Assembly: GCA_934168325.1 (NCBI GenBank)
Contig: CAKPNG010000002.1
Coordinates: 11 to 64,010, forward strand
Reading direction: 5' to 3'
From: an uncultured Bacilli bacterium
GTDB lineage: Bacteria; Bacillota_I; Bacilli_A; RFN20; CAG-826
Length of the DNA: 64,000 nucleotides
Shown here: positions 8,901 through 18,147 of the stretch, piece after piece
Layout: each line of letters begins with the position of its first letter
Numbering within the stretch: position 1 is the first letter of the stretch
Notes under the pieces: model-generated
The model's input: the letters and a program-made list of their open reading frames with translations, nothing else
Told to the model about the DNA's origin: nothing
Databases searched by the model: none
Position numbers and translations under genes: made by a program

Positions 8901-8982
8901 AATTCGTCCTCCTTTTTGAATGGATAAATGAATTATAAAATACATTTGATTTGTTTATTTTTAAGTAACTACAATAACATAC

Positions 8983-8995
8983 AAAAATTATTATG
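8983..8995 (+). repeat. 13-nt inverted repeat IR-C (AAAAATTATTATG), 5' boundary of TRD2 cassettes
   Basis: Reverse complement of 9991-10003 (inside the expressed hsdS). The same sequence also occurs in direct form at 7046-7058. All copies share the same codon phase (K-N-Y-Y). Confidence 0.7.
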
Positions 8996-9516
8996 GGCAG
9001 TTACCGATTAACTGGGCATGGACCAACCTATCTTCTTTATCTAAATCAATTACGGATGGGACACATAAAACGCCAAAGTATTTAGATTCAGGAATACCTT
9101 TTTTGTCAATTGCGAATATTTCTTCTGGAAGTTTTGATAATTGCCCGAAATATATTTCACCTGATGAACATAATCAGCTAACTAAGAGGGCAAAACCTGA
9201 ATATGGCGATATTTTATTGTGTAGAATCGGAACTTTAGGTAAGCCATTTATTGTTAATATGACTTTTGATTTTAGTATCTTCGTAAGTCTTGCTCTAATA
9301 AAACCAATAGCTATCAAACAAAATGAATATTTAAAAATGGTATTGTCTTCTCCATTTATTAGTAACCATATCGATAGAATAAAAGTGGGTGGCGGAACAC
9401 ATACATATAAAATTAATCTTGATAATTTGTTAACATTTCCTATACCTCGTCCTCCACAAAAAGAACAAAATGAGATTATATCTAAAGTAACTGAATTAAT
9501 GAATTTACTTTATTGA
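8983..9516 (+). other. Silent hsdS TRD2 half-cassette (no start codon or promoter)
   Basis: The frame opens just after a TAA at about 8965. It begins KNYYGQLPINWAW...DGTHKTPKYLDSGIPFLS (a typical TRD start) and ends PPQKEQNEIISKVTELMNLLY. The 13-nt AAAAATTATTATG at 8983-8995 equals the end of the central repeat. Confidence 0.75.
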
Positions 9517-10948
9517 TAATTCTTTTTTGCTCATTTTCTGGTGCTATAGGTAATGCAAAATTATTAAATGCTTTTTGTGTCAACTGATTAATAGTAGTTG
9601 TTCCACTAGTTTTTTCAAGTTGATTATAATAATATTTTGTTTGCAAAAACAAATATATCCATTTTGAGTATTCAGATTTGCATATAGCCATAAAAGCACC
9701 AAAAGTCATCGGTTCATTGATATTTGAAACAAATGCTGATTTTCCTACTAGATGCTTACTGCCATTTCTAGCACATATTATAATATCATTATTATTAACA
9801 ACCAATTTGCTAGGAATTCGGCTATTCACTCGAATAACATCATTAAAATCAAGCTTGCCATTTTTTATATTACTCGAACGTAGTACAATTATACCATTAT
9901 CGCAAATATTATTAGGACTATATGTTAATCCAATGTATGAATCAGAAATACTTTGAATTTTTGCAATAGACCAATTAGATGGTATATTCTCATAATAATT
10001 TTTATCATCATCAGAAATTGGTTCTAAATCAGCCTTTTCTATCTTGATTTTTCCTTCTTTAATAAGCTTTTCTTTCTCAGCTTTAATACGTTCTAGAAGG
10101 ACTGAAGCAGGTTCATCGTTAGGGTCTTGTTTAACTAGTTTACCAGTAACAGCAAGCTCTAAGACCTTATCCTTAGCTTGTTTCTTTAGTTCTTCAAGTT
10201 CTTGCTGATCCTTTTCTATTTTATCGACTAATTCAAATAATTTATCAATTTTATTAACTATTCGTTCTTGTTCTTGAAGAGGTGGTATTAATATTGATAA
10301 AGACTTGAATTTAGATAAAGGTATACCACCTATTATGCCCTGCATATTATCTCTAAATTCGTTGTTAAAAGTTATGCTATTAAAGAAATAGTAAACAAAT
10401 TTTGATATCACTATAAAAGGGCTAACGCACGCCAATTTATTTACAAAGCATACATCTTTATTTATCAATCCGATTTTATTACCCGCATTTGCTCCTTCTA
10501 GGCAAATAAGAATAGAATTTTGTTTTGCCCTTTTTAGTGAATAATCCAATGGAATATAAAGACCATTCTCATAATTTATATTCCCATTTAAATCAATATC
10601 TTTTGTAGCAATATAATGATGAAAACTATCTAATTTAATTGATAAATCGATTTTTTGTTTATCATTAAGGCTATTACCAGTATATATATTGGAAAAATAT
10701 TGTAATTGAAGGCAAGACCATCCTGAAGGAATGTCATTCTTCTCATAATAACAATTATCGTCATCACTCCAATAGATATCCGATTCTTCTACTTTTGATA
10801 TTTTCTTCTCTTTTTCAAGTTTTTTTCTTTCTTCTCTTATTCTAGCTAAAAGTTCCTCAACTGGCTCATCGTTAGGATCCTGTGGAACCAATTTTCCACG
10901 CATAGCTAAATCAAGAATTTTTTGTTTTAATGCTTTAGTATCTATCAT
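9482..10948 (-). CDS. hsdS: Type I R-M specificity subunit HsdS (expressed copy)
   Basis: 488 aa with two TRDs separated by the conserved coiled-coil region. Its ATG overlaps the hsdM TGA (ATGA at 10945-10948). Confidence 0.9.
   Translation of the reverse strand: MIDTKALKQKILDLAMRGKLVPQDPNDEPVEELLARIREERKKLEKEKKISKVEESDIYWSDDDNCYYEKNDIPSGWSCLQLQYFSNIYTGNSLNDKQKIDLSIKLDSFHHYIATKDIDLNGNINYENGLYIPLDYSLKRAKQNSILICLEGANAGNKIGLINKDVCFVNKLACVSPFIVISKFVYYFFNSITFNNEFRDNMQGIIGGIPLSKFKSLSILIPPLQEQERIVNKIDKLFELVDKIEKDQQELEELKKQAKDKVLELAVTGKLVKQDPNDEPASVLLERIKAEKEKLIKEGKIKIEKADLEPISDDDKNYYENIPSNWSIAKIQSISDSYIGLTYSPNNICDNGIIVLRSSNIKNGKLDFNDVIRVNSRIPSKLVVNNNDIIICARNGSKHLVGKSAFVSNINEPMTFGAFMAICKSEYSKWIYLFLQTKYYYNQLEKTSGTTTINQLTQKAFNNFALPIAPENEQKRIINKVNSLIQLL
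9971..10285 (-). repeat. 315-bp inverted repeat IR-B, partner copy
   Basis: Exact reverse complement of 6764-7078. Confidence 0.9.
9991..10003 (-). repeat. 13-nt IR-C copy inside the expressed hsdS
   Basis: CATAATAATTTTT is the reverse complement of 8983-8995. Confidence 0.7.
10739..10758 (-). repeat. 20-nt IR-A copy inside the expressed hsdS
   Basis: CTTCTCATAATAACAATTAT is the reverse complement of 6288-6307. Confidence 0.85.
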
Positions 10949-12414
10949 TCTTCAATATCCTTAATTAATTCTTTTAATTGAGCCACTGAATCGCTGATAC
11001 TTTTTGATTTTTCTTCAATCATATCAACAAGTTGATGAAGTGTATAATCTTGCTTTTCTTCTTTAATATTTGGATTTTTAAAGTCAATATTATATGTTTC
11101 TTCAATCTTGTCTTGCTTTACAAAATAAGCATTTATATCGCCATTATCTCTATTATTCCACCATCCACGAACGCCTTTTAAATGTTCAGCTGTAAATGGT
11201 TTAGTTTTACTAAAGCTTCTATATCCTTCAGGAAGTGGTACTTGATAATACCAAATTCCATCAGTTTTTTCACCTTTATCAAAGAATAAAATATTTGTTG
11301 TAATACCTGCATAGAATAATCCAGCTGGAAGTTTTACTATTGTATGTAAATTGCATTCAGACATTAATTTTTTCTTGATGTTAACATAAGCATCATCTGT
11401 ATTAAATAGGAAACCATCTGGTAAAATGATGCCTACTCTACCATTTTTAGCAAGTCTATATAAAACTAGGCATACGAATAGATTGGCTGTCTCTGATGTT
11501 CTATATGATTCAGGAAAGTTCGCATCTTCTCCTGGAGCAATTTCTCCACCAAATGGAGGATTCATTAAAACAACATCAACTTTATCACTTTCAGTATATT
11601 CTGTGACATTCTTAGCTAATGATGATGCATATCTAATATTAGAACCATCTGTTCCATTTAATAACATATTTGTAACACACAATAAATATGGTAATGGTTT
11701 ACATTCACAACCAATTATATTATCTTGCATACTATCAAGAGCTTCTTGTGTATTATGTTTCTTTAGAATATGTTGAATTGCAGAAACTAAGAATCCACCA
11801 GTACCACAAGCAAAGTCTGCAATTTTTTCGCCTGGTTTTGGATCTAACATTTCTGCCATGAAATCAGTTACTGGTCTTGGGGTATAAAATTCTCCAGAAC
11901 TTCCTGCATTTTGTAATTCTTTAAGAATTGATTCATAAATATCATTAAATACATGTCTATCTTCATATTTATCAAAATCTATTTCATTTAATTCGTTAAT
12001 GACTTGTCTGATTAAAGTTCCATTAATCATATAATTATGAAGACGTGAAAATACATACTTTACAATAGCAGATCTTTTTGGAGTTGTTTCATCTACAGAC
12101 AAATCTCTTAAAGTGGGGAATAATTTATTATTGATAAAATCAACTAATTCGTCACCTGTTAAAGAATCACCTGTTGGTTTTCCTTCAGAATCAACTTTTT
12201 CAACTGCCCAATTACGCCATCTATATTCTTCTGGAATAATAGATTTATAGTTATCTATTTCAATTTCGTATTCATTACTTTCTTTTAATTCATCATATAC
12301 TTTTAAGAAAAGCATCCAAACAAGCTGATTGATACGTTGAGCATCTCCATCAACTCCATTGTCTTTTCGCATTATTTTTCTTACTCTTTTAACTAATCCA
12401 TTTAAATCTGCCAT
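10945..12414 (-). CDS. hsdM: Type I R-M N6-adenine DNA methyltransferase HsdM
   Basis: 489 aa with the NPPFGG catalytic motif (VVLMNPPFGG), the AdoMet motif DFACGTGGFL, and an HsdM N-terminal domain. Confidence 0.92.
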   Translation of the reverse strand: MADLNGLVKRVRKIMRKDNGVDGDAQRINQLVWMLFLKVYDELKESNEYEIEIDNYKSIIPEEYRWRNWAVEKVDSEGKPTGDSLTGDELVDFINNKLFPTLRDLSVDETTPKRSAIVKYVFSRLHNYMINGTLIRQVINELNEIDFDKYEDRHVFNDIYESILKELQNAGSSGEFYTPRPVTDFMAEMLDPKPGEKIADFACGTGGFLVSAIQHILKKHNTQEALDSMQDNIIGCECKPLPYLLCVTNMLLNGTDGSNIRYASSLAKNVTEYTESDKVDVVLMNPPFGGEIAPGEDANFPESYRTSETANLFVCLVLYRLAKNGRVGIILPDGFLFNTDDAYVNIKKKLMSECNLHTIVKLPAGLFYAGITTNILFFDKGEKTDGIWYYQVPLPEGYRSFSKTKPFTAEHLKGVRGWWNNRDNGDINAYFVKQDKIEETYNIDFKNPNIKEEKQDYTLHQLVDMIEEKSKSISDSVAQLKELIKDIEE

Positions 12415-12415
12415 A

Positions 12416-14737
12416 TTATGCTGCTCCTGCTACTGAATATAAATTGCTTTTTACAAATTGAACTGCTTGTAAATAGTTATCTCTACCGCCAAATATTTCC
12501 TTAATAATTTGTTTTGGTGTTCCAAATTCTTTAAATTCATCAAGTTTAAGAATATTAATGTCATCAACATCATCTATTCCTTCATCACAATATTTGTCTA
12601 ATAATCTATCAATTACTTCTCTAGCAATTCCTGTATATTTATCAAGAAGTTCAGACTTTTTAATGCTCTTTACTCTTTCGCTTCTTGTTAATGGTTTTGC
12701 TTCATATGCTATATAACATATTAAATCAAAATCATCCATATCTTCAACACCTAATTCTGCTCTAATTTGCTCTAGCAAAACTCCATGATAAACTAATTCA
12801 TCAACTATAGCTTTATGTTTTTTCTCACTAGTCCATTTTTGAATAAATTCATCTAAAGTTGCATACTGGTTTAAGATATTTTTCTTTGTGTAATTGATTA
12901 ATGATTGTTTTGTTAAATTACCATCAGGGTCTAAAATTGATACTTCTTCACCCATAATCGTGACTTTGTTTCCGTCAATATGATATACAGGATTTTGGCC
13001 TTCGCCTCCTCCTCCACCACTTGACCTGTGACCGTTATCATCCACATACTCAATTGGTCCATCCCACTTAGGATCAGCAAACAATCTTGTTACTTGTCTA
13101 AAATCAATTATAATAAATTCGTATTTTCTGTCAGCTTCTCTTAATCTAGTTCCACGACCAATAATTTGTTTAAATAAAGTCATAGATGATATTACTTTAT
13201 CTAATACTATTAATTTTGCTGTTTTACAATCCACACCTGTTGTCATCAAATCGGATGAAGTAACAATACATGGGTCAATATCCATATTAAATTCTGCTTT
13301 TGCGAAATCGGTTAAATCAGCTTGTGCTGTTGGAGAATCACCTGTAATTCTAGTTACATATCGAGGATTTTTTCTACAAATATCTAAATTAAGATTCCAC
13401 AACTCTTGTCTTAGTCTTTCGGCATGAACTATATTGCAACAGAAAACAATAGTTTTTTGGTATCTATCTGTTTCCTTTAAATAATTTGTTATTTGTTTAG
13501 CAACCTCTTTTGTTCTTGAATCAACTATCAATTTTTTATCAAAATCATTTGTAGTATAAATTCTGTCTTCTAATAAATTTCCGTGAATATCTAATTGACC
13601 AGGATATGGTCTATATCCTTTAACATCTATATCAAGGAATTTCTTCATAACTTTATATGGAGCTAGGAATCCATCTTCTATACCTTGTTTTAGAGAATAA
13701 ACATATACTGGTTCTCCAAAATATGTTTTAGCTAAATCAACTTCTTGTTCATCATCTTCATCATCTGTCTTCTTGCCTTTTAAATATACCTTTGGAGTTG
13801 CAGTCATACCAATTTGAATTGCGCTTTCAAACCAATCAAGTATTTCTCTCCAATGAGAGTCTTCTTTAGCACTTCCTCTATGACACTCATCAACAATGAT
13901 TAAATCAAAGAAATCTCTAGAAACTTGCTTAAAGGCTTCTAAGTTTGATTCTCCTTTTTCGTTATCTAATTGTTGATAAAGTCCAAAGAATATCTCATAA
14001 GAAGTATCTATTTTACCTTTTGTAATGATAGTTTTAGATGCACCAAAAGGAGCAAACTCTTCATTAAAAGGTTTGCCAATTAATACATTTCTATCAGCTA
14101 AATATAAAACTTTTTTAACTTTACGCATTTGTTTTAACTTCCAAACAATTTGGAATGCAGTATAGGTTTTACCTGTTCCTGTAGCCAAAACAATTAAAGC
14201 TCTACGTTTTCCATTAGCAATTGCTTCTAATGTTTTATCAACAGATGCCTTTTGATAATATCTAGGTCTAAAATCAGGATCAGTATAAAAAGGAAATTCA
14301 ATTAACTTCAATTGTTCTTCAGTTAAATTCTTTTCGTTAATATAACGTTCTCTTAATACTTCAGGTGATGGAAATTCAGCCATTGTCAAGTCTCTTTCAA
14401 GTCCGGTTATCAAATCATGTTCAACGAAACCATGACCATTTGAACTATACGCAAACGGAACATTTAAAAGTCTTGCATATTCTATTGCTTGAAGTAAACC
14501 TTGTCCAGGAGTATGATCTTCGTCTTTTGCTTCAACAATTGCCAAATTAGTATTATTAACATATCTTAATAAATAATCAGCATATTTTCTTTTTCCTCTA
14601 GTCATTACTCCATTTGATGAAACATGAACACGTCCATCAGTGAAATATTCCATGCGATAATTAGCCCAACCCGCTCTATCAATCGCAGGTGTTATATATA
14701 ATCTTTTTACATCTTCTTCAGAAAACTTTTCAGGCAT
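12416..14737 (-). CDS. hsdR: Type I restriction endonuclease/helicase subunit HsdR
   Basis: 773 aa with Walker A LATGTGKT, DEAH-type box VDECHRGS, and helicase motif VI QIIGRGTR. A 1-nt gap separates it from hsdM. Confidence 0.92.
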   Translation of the reverse strand: MPEKFSEEDVKRLYITPAIDRAGWANYRMEYFTDGRVHVSSNGVMTRGKRKYADYLLRYVNNTNLAIVEAKDEDHTPGQGLLQAIEYARLLNVPFAYSSNGHGFVEHDLITGLERDLTMAEFPSPEVLRERYINEKNLTEEQLKLIEFPFYTDPDFRPRYYQKASVDKTLEAIANGKRRALIVLATGTGKTYTAFQIVWKLKQMRKVKKVLYLADRNVLIGKPFNEEFAPFGASKTIITKGKIDTSYEIFFGLYQQLDNEKGESNLEAFKQVSRDFFDLIIVDECHRGSAKEDSHWREILDWFESAIQIGMTATPKVYLKGKKTDDEDDEQEVDLAKTYFGEPVYVYSLKQGIEDGFLAPYKVMKKFLDIDVKGYRPYPGQLDIHGNLLEDRIYTTNDFDKKLIVDSRTKEVAKQITNYLKETDRYQKTIVFCCNIVHAERLRQELWNLNLDICRKNPRYVTRITGDSPTAQADLTDFAKAEFNMDIDPCIVTSSDLMTTGVDCKTAKLIVLDKVISSMTLFKQIIGRGTRLREADRKYEFIIIDFRQVTRLFADPKWDGPIEYVDDNGHRSSGGGGGEGQNPVYHIDGNKVTIMGEEVSILDPDGNLTKQSLINYTKKNILNQYATLDEFIQKWTSEKKHKAIVDELVYHGVLLEQIRAELGVEDMDDFDLICYIAYEAKPLTRSERVKSIKKSELLDKYTGIAREVIDRLLDKYCDEGIDDVDDINILKLDEFKEFGTPKQIIKEIFGGRDNYLQAVQFVKSNLYSVAGAA

Positions 14738-14739
14738 AA

Positions 14740-14943
14740 TTATTTCACCTCTTTCGCTTCAATGCAATTTTCTTTAAATAAACTTTTAAGTCGTTCTTTT
14801 GCAAGTATAGTTGGCTCGTGATGTCCCTTTTCCCACCTATTAACAGTGCTAAAAGAGACTCCAAGCATATCTCCAAGTTGTTGTTGAGAAATATTTAATT
14901 TCACTCTTAGTGCTAGTATCATTTCAGCATAATTAATTTTCAC
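14740..14943 (-). CDS. XRE-family helix-turn-helix protein immediately upstream of hsdR (possible controller)
   Basis: 67 aa. LNISQQQLGDMLGVSFSTVNRWEKG is a canonical HTH_3. It has a GTG start with SD GGAGGA, and 2 nt separate it from the hsdR start. Confidence 0.8.
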   Translation of the reverse strand: MKINYAEMILALRVKLNISQQQLGDMLGVSFSTVNRWEKGHHEPTILAKERLKSLFKENCIEAKEVK

Positions 14944-14968
14944 AGAGCTTATCCTCCAAATCGATTAC

Positions 14969-14989
14969 AATATATGATATATTATAGCA
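14969..14989 (-). promoter_or_regulatory. Putative extended -10 promoter (TGcTATAAT) with an overlapping 15-nt palindrome AATATATgATATATT
   Basis: On the minus strand, TGCTATAAT is the reverse complement of 14981-14989. The palindrome spans 14969-14983, between the -10 and the SD of the XRE gene. Confidence 0.35.
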
Positions 14990-15385
14990 CTTTTTTCTCA
15001 AATTCTCTATTGTTAAAAATTTGTCAAAATATGCACAAAAAGTTACAAAAATATAATATATTTTTTCATTTATTTACCATTGTCTTAATTAATAAGATTT
15101 AAAAATGTCATTTTATGATGTTTTTGATATGTTTTATGAAATTTTAATATTTGTCAATTAATAATAAATAATTAATTAAAAATAGAATCTATTAAGTAGA
15201 CTCGTCAAAAACCACTTAAAGATTCTAAACTCCTATTATATAGGTAATAAAAAATAATGCTAGTAATATAATAATAAAAGTTAATATATTCTTAATTAAT
15301 GTAAAAATAATATTGGTCAATTATAATGATCAATATTATAAATATCTATATATTAAAATCTAAAAAAATAATTAAGTTTTGCGAG

Positions 15386-16471
15386 TTATTTAATTGGTTT
15401 TCTATAGAATTTACCATATACTTGATCCATTGGTACTACATTAATAAATACAGATGGATCTATTTCTTTAGTTATTTTAATTACTTTTTTAACTTCACTT
15501 TTTCTTACTGCAATATCAATAATATATAAGTCTTTACCACTATATCCACCTTTACCTTGAATGATTGTACATCCATGAGGAATAGCAGCAATTATAGATT
15601 GAGATAAATTATAATTAGGAGTAATTATTTTAAGTTCATATTTCTTATTTGTAGTATTAAAAGTGTCAACTACTAATGAAACTACAATCATATATAAGAT
15701 AGTAAACATAAATATAATAATAGCAGTTTGTGGTTCTACTCTTCCAAGTCCTCCACTAATTGGGAATAAAGATTCATCTAGTGGCATAACTGATAATATA
15801 GAATAAATAGTAACTACTATTAAATTAAAGAAAGCACTCCATTTACCGATTTGAACTGATTTTCTTTCACTAATATAAAAAGCAATAATATCAGTTCCTC
15901 CAGCTGAAGTATCTATTTTATAAGCTAAAGCGGCTGCAATTCCAGTACAAACTCCAGCAAATAAAACTCTAGCTACAGTTTCAGTAGCCATCTTCGCTCC
16001 TATTAAATTAATAATATTATTAGGATCTCTACTTTTAATTAAAATACCAAATAAACTAGCAAATCCAACATTAAGCATTGAATATATAGCAAACTTCTTC
16101 CCTACTTTAAAAAATCCTAAAAAGAATAAAGGTATATTAACTACAAAATAAAAACACCAATACATAATATTATAATGGATTTCACTAGTCATAAATTCTA
16201 ATCCACATAACTTTAAAATAGTTGCTAAAGATTGAGATATGCCACTAGCTCCACAACTTGCTAAATGATAAATTGTAACGTTAACTCCTTTTAAAGCATC
16301 TCCCATTGCTTGGAAATTAGGTTGAATAAAGCAGTTAAATCCAAAAGCAAATACTAATCCAGATAAAGCAGTTACTATAGTCATATATCCATTTTCTAAT
16401 ATTGATCTTAAAATAGGATGATCGAATAAATAATTCTTAAGGTTCTTTTTAAATTTAAATAATCTATACAT
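15386..16471 (-). CDS. YitT-family membrane protein (with C-terminal DUF2179-like domain)
   Basis: 361 aa and polytopic. It has the GGTDIIA motif and a C-terminal soluble domain (GCTIIQGKGGYSG...VFINVVP) typical of YitT. Confidence 0.75.
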   Translation of the reverse strand: MYRLFKFKKNLKNYLFDHPILRSILENGYMTIVTALSGLVFAFGFNCFIQPNFQAMGDALKGVNVTIYHLASCGASGISQSLATILKLCGLEFMTSEIHYNIMYWCFYFVVNIPLFFLGFFKVGKKFAIYSMLNVGFASLFGILIKSRDPNNIINLIGAKMATETVARVLFAGVCTGIAAALAYKIDTSAGGTDIIAFYISERKSVQIGKWSAFFNLIVVTIYSILSVMPLDESLFPISGGLGRVEPQTAIIIFMFTILYMIVVSLVVDTFNTTNKKYELKIITPNYNLSQSIIAAIPHGCTIIQGKGGYSGKDLYIIDIAVRKSEVKKVIKITKEIDPSVFINVVPMDQVYGKFYRKPIK

Positions 16472-16666
16472 ACATTCATTATTATTTTATTTTTTAATAC
16501 TTATCGCAAGAAAAATATTATTAACTTATTAAATTTATCTAAATTAGATAAATTATAGTTAATTTTACTCTTTATATATATGAATATATATAATTAAAAA
16601 AATAAAGTTGTTTAAAACCTTAATCAGTGGTATTATTTTTATTGCATATTAATAGAGGTATTTTAC

Positions 16667-17554
16667 ATGAAATTTTTAAAGATATTAGCTACACCTTTTG
16701 TTAAATTATGGGGATGGATTAGAGATACAGCTTGGGTTCAACCACTTCTTATTGTTGGATGTATATTTGCTGTTATTTTCTCAATACCATATATTTCTAA
16801 AGGTATTCAAAACTTATCCAATAAAGAAGAAGATTCAATGAAGTTCTATAATAACAATCGTTTATCAATGTCAGGAGCTTATAAAGATAGTTCAGATGCT
16901 GGTAAATTCTTACTTTCTTATAGTAAAACTCAAGAAGCTTGGGAAACTTATAATAAATCTACTGAAGAAACTAAAATTAAAGAAGCTAAAACTCAATTAG
17001 ATTCTTTTACTGATAAATATGGCGAAAAATTCTATTTTGTCTTAGCTAAATCAAGTTGTGAAGCTTGTGACAATATTTCTACTGGTTTAGAATATCTTAA
17101 AAATAATCAAAAGAACTATGATGTTAGTGGTATTAAATTACATACTATCGTTGTTGATCAAAAATTAACTAAAAACAAAGAAGATGAAAATTATAAAACT
17201 GATAGTGCTTTTAAAATGATTTATGATAATAACGCTGGTGCTTTTGAAAGTTTCTATGAAGCAGGAAGAAATGGTTCATATTACACATCTAATCTTAGTA
17301 ATTATGATTCTTATGTTGATAATTTAGAAACATTATTAGAAAAAGTTGATGCAGTTAAAGTTCCTTTAGTTGTTTTAATTGATTTATCTAAAGATGCAAA
17401 TAAAGAATATACTATGAAAGGATATGATTATATTGCTACTCAAGTATTCTTTGAAATTACTGGAGATACAAAATATGATAGAGCATCTCAATTTGCAGAT
17501 TGCTGGAAATATAAAGGTGATGTCTTCGGTAAAAGAGTTGTTACTGATAAATAA
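16667..17554 (+). CDS. Membrane-anchored hypothetical protein with a CxxC motif (possibly thioredoxin-like)
   Basis: 295 aa with an N-terminal TM segment (WVQPLLIVGCIFAVIFSIPYI) and FVLAKSSCEACDN. Confidence 0.35.
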   Translation: MKFLKILATPFVKLWGWIRDTAWVQPLLIVGCIFAVIFSIPYISKGIQNLSNKEEDSMKFYNNNRLSMSGAYKDSSDAGKFLLSYSKTQEAWETYNKSTEETKIKEAKTQLDSFTDKYGEKFYFVLAKSSCEACDNISTGLEYLKNNQKNYDVSGIKLHTIVVDQKLTKNKEDENYKTDSAFKMIYDNNAGAFESFYEAGRNGSYYTSNLSNYDSYVDNLETLLEKVDAVKVPLVVLIDLSKDANKEYTMKGYDYIATQVFFEITGDTKYDRASQFADCWKYKGDVFGKRVVTDK

Positions 17555-17586
17555 TAATTAATTATATTAATATAATAAAAGCATAG

Positions 17587-17610
17587 GGTGAATCAATGAT
17601 TCACCTTTTT
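17587..17610 (+). terminator. Rho-independent terminator between convergent genes
   Basis: GGTGAAT-caatg-ATTCACC followed by TTTTT. Confidence 0.6.
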
Positions 17611-17658
17611 ATATATAATTAATTATTATTACTACTTCTTCTATATATCTTATATATA

Positions 17659-18144
17659 TTATTTGATTTTATCTTTATAAGCTTTTAAAACAACATCAGG
17701 TACTAAAGGAGATATATCTACTCCACATCTATACATTTCATCAATTGATGAACTAGATATAAATGTAGTTTCTTTATGAGACATTAAAAATACCATTTCT
17801 ATATCTGAATCGATATATTCATTAGCAGCAGCAAGTTGCCATTCATATTCAAAATCACTTACTACTCTTATACCTCTAATTAAAGCAATAGCATTATGAC
17901 TTTTAGCATAATTAATAGTTAATCCACTAGTAGAATCTACTTTAATATTAGGATAATCTTTAGTTGCTTCTTTAACCATATTAATTCTTTCATCAATATT
18001 AAAACGATAATTACCTAATTTATCTTTATTAAAAGCTATTAATACTATTATTTCATCAAATAATTTACTAGCTCTAAATAATATATCTAAATGTCCATTA
18101 GTAATAGGATCAAAACTTCCTGGATATATACCAATTCTTTTCAT
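17659..18144 (-). CDS. coaD: Phosphopantetheine adenylyltransferase
   Basis: 161 aa with GIYPGSFDPITNGHLDI. Confidence 0.92.
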   Translation of the reverse strand: MKRIGIYPGSFDPITNGHLDILFRASKLFDEIIVLIAFNKDKLGNYRFNIDERINMVKEATKDYPNIKVDSTSGLTINYAKSHNAIALIRGIRVVSDFEYEWQLAAANEYIDSDIEMVFLMSHKETTFISSSSIDEMYRCGVDISPLVPDVVLKAYKDKIK

Positions 18145-18147
18145 AAT

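Noticed and set aside
8901-8945. Longer N-terminal starts proposed by the ORF track (recombinase 8945, nadK 22887, aldolase 51209, rplX 33633, permease 52738, exporter genes 62314 and 63206)
   Set aside because: In each case an internal ATG is preceded by a strong GGAGG-type SD and removes an implausible overlap with the neighbouring gene. The longer forms look like ORF-caller extensions.
15000-15385. tRNA, rRNA or an integration-site remnant at the right edge of the defence island
   Set aside because: I could not find cloverleaf-compatible stems or GTTCRANNC-type T-loops in this or the other intergenic regions. The stretch is simply very AT-rich, so the island boundary stays undefined.
15326-15529. 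67-aa plus-strand ORF rich in I/N/Y/F
   Set aside because: It is the translation of an extremely AT-rich intergenic stretch plus the antisense of the yitT 3' end. It has no SD.
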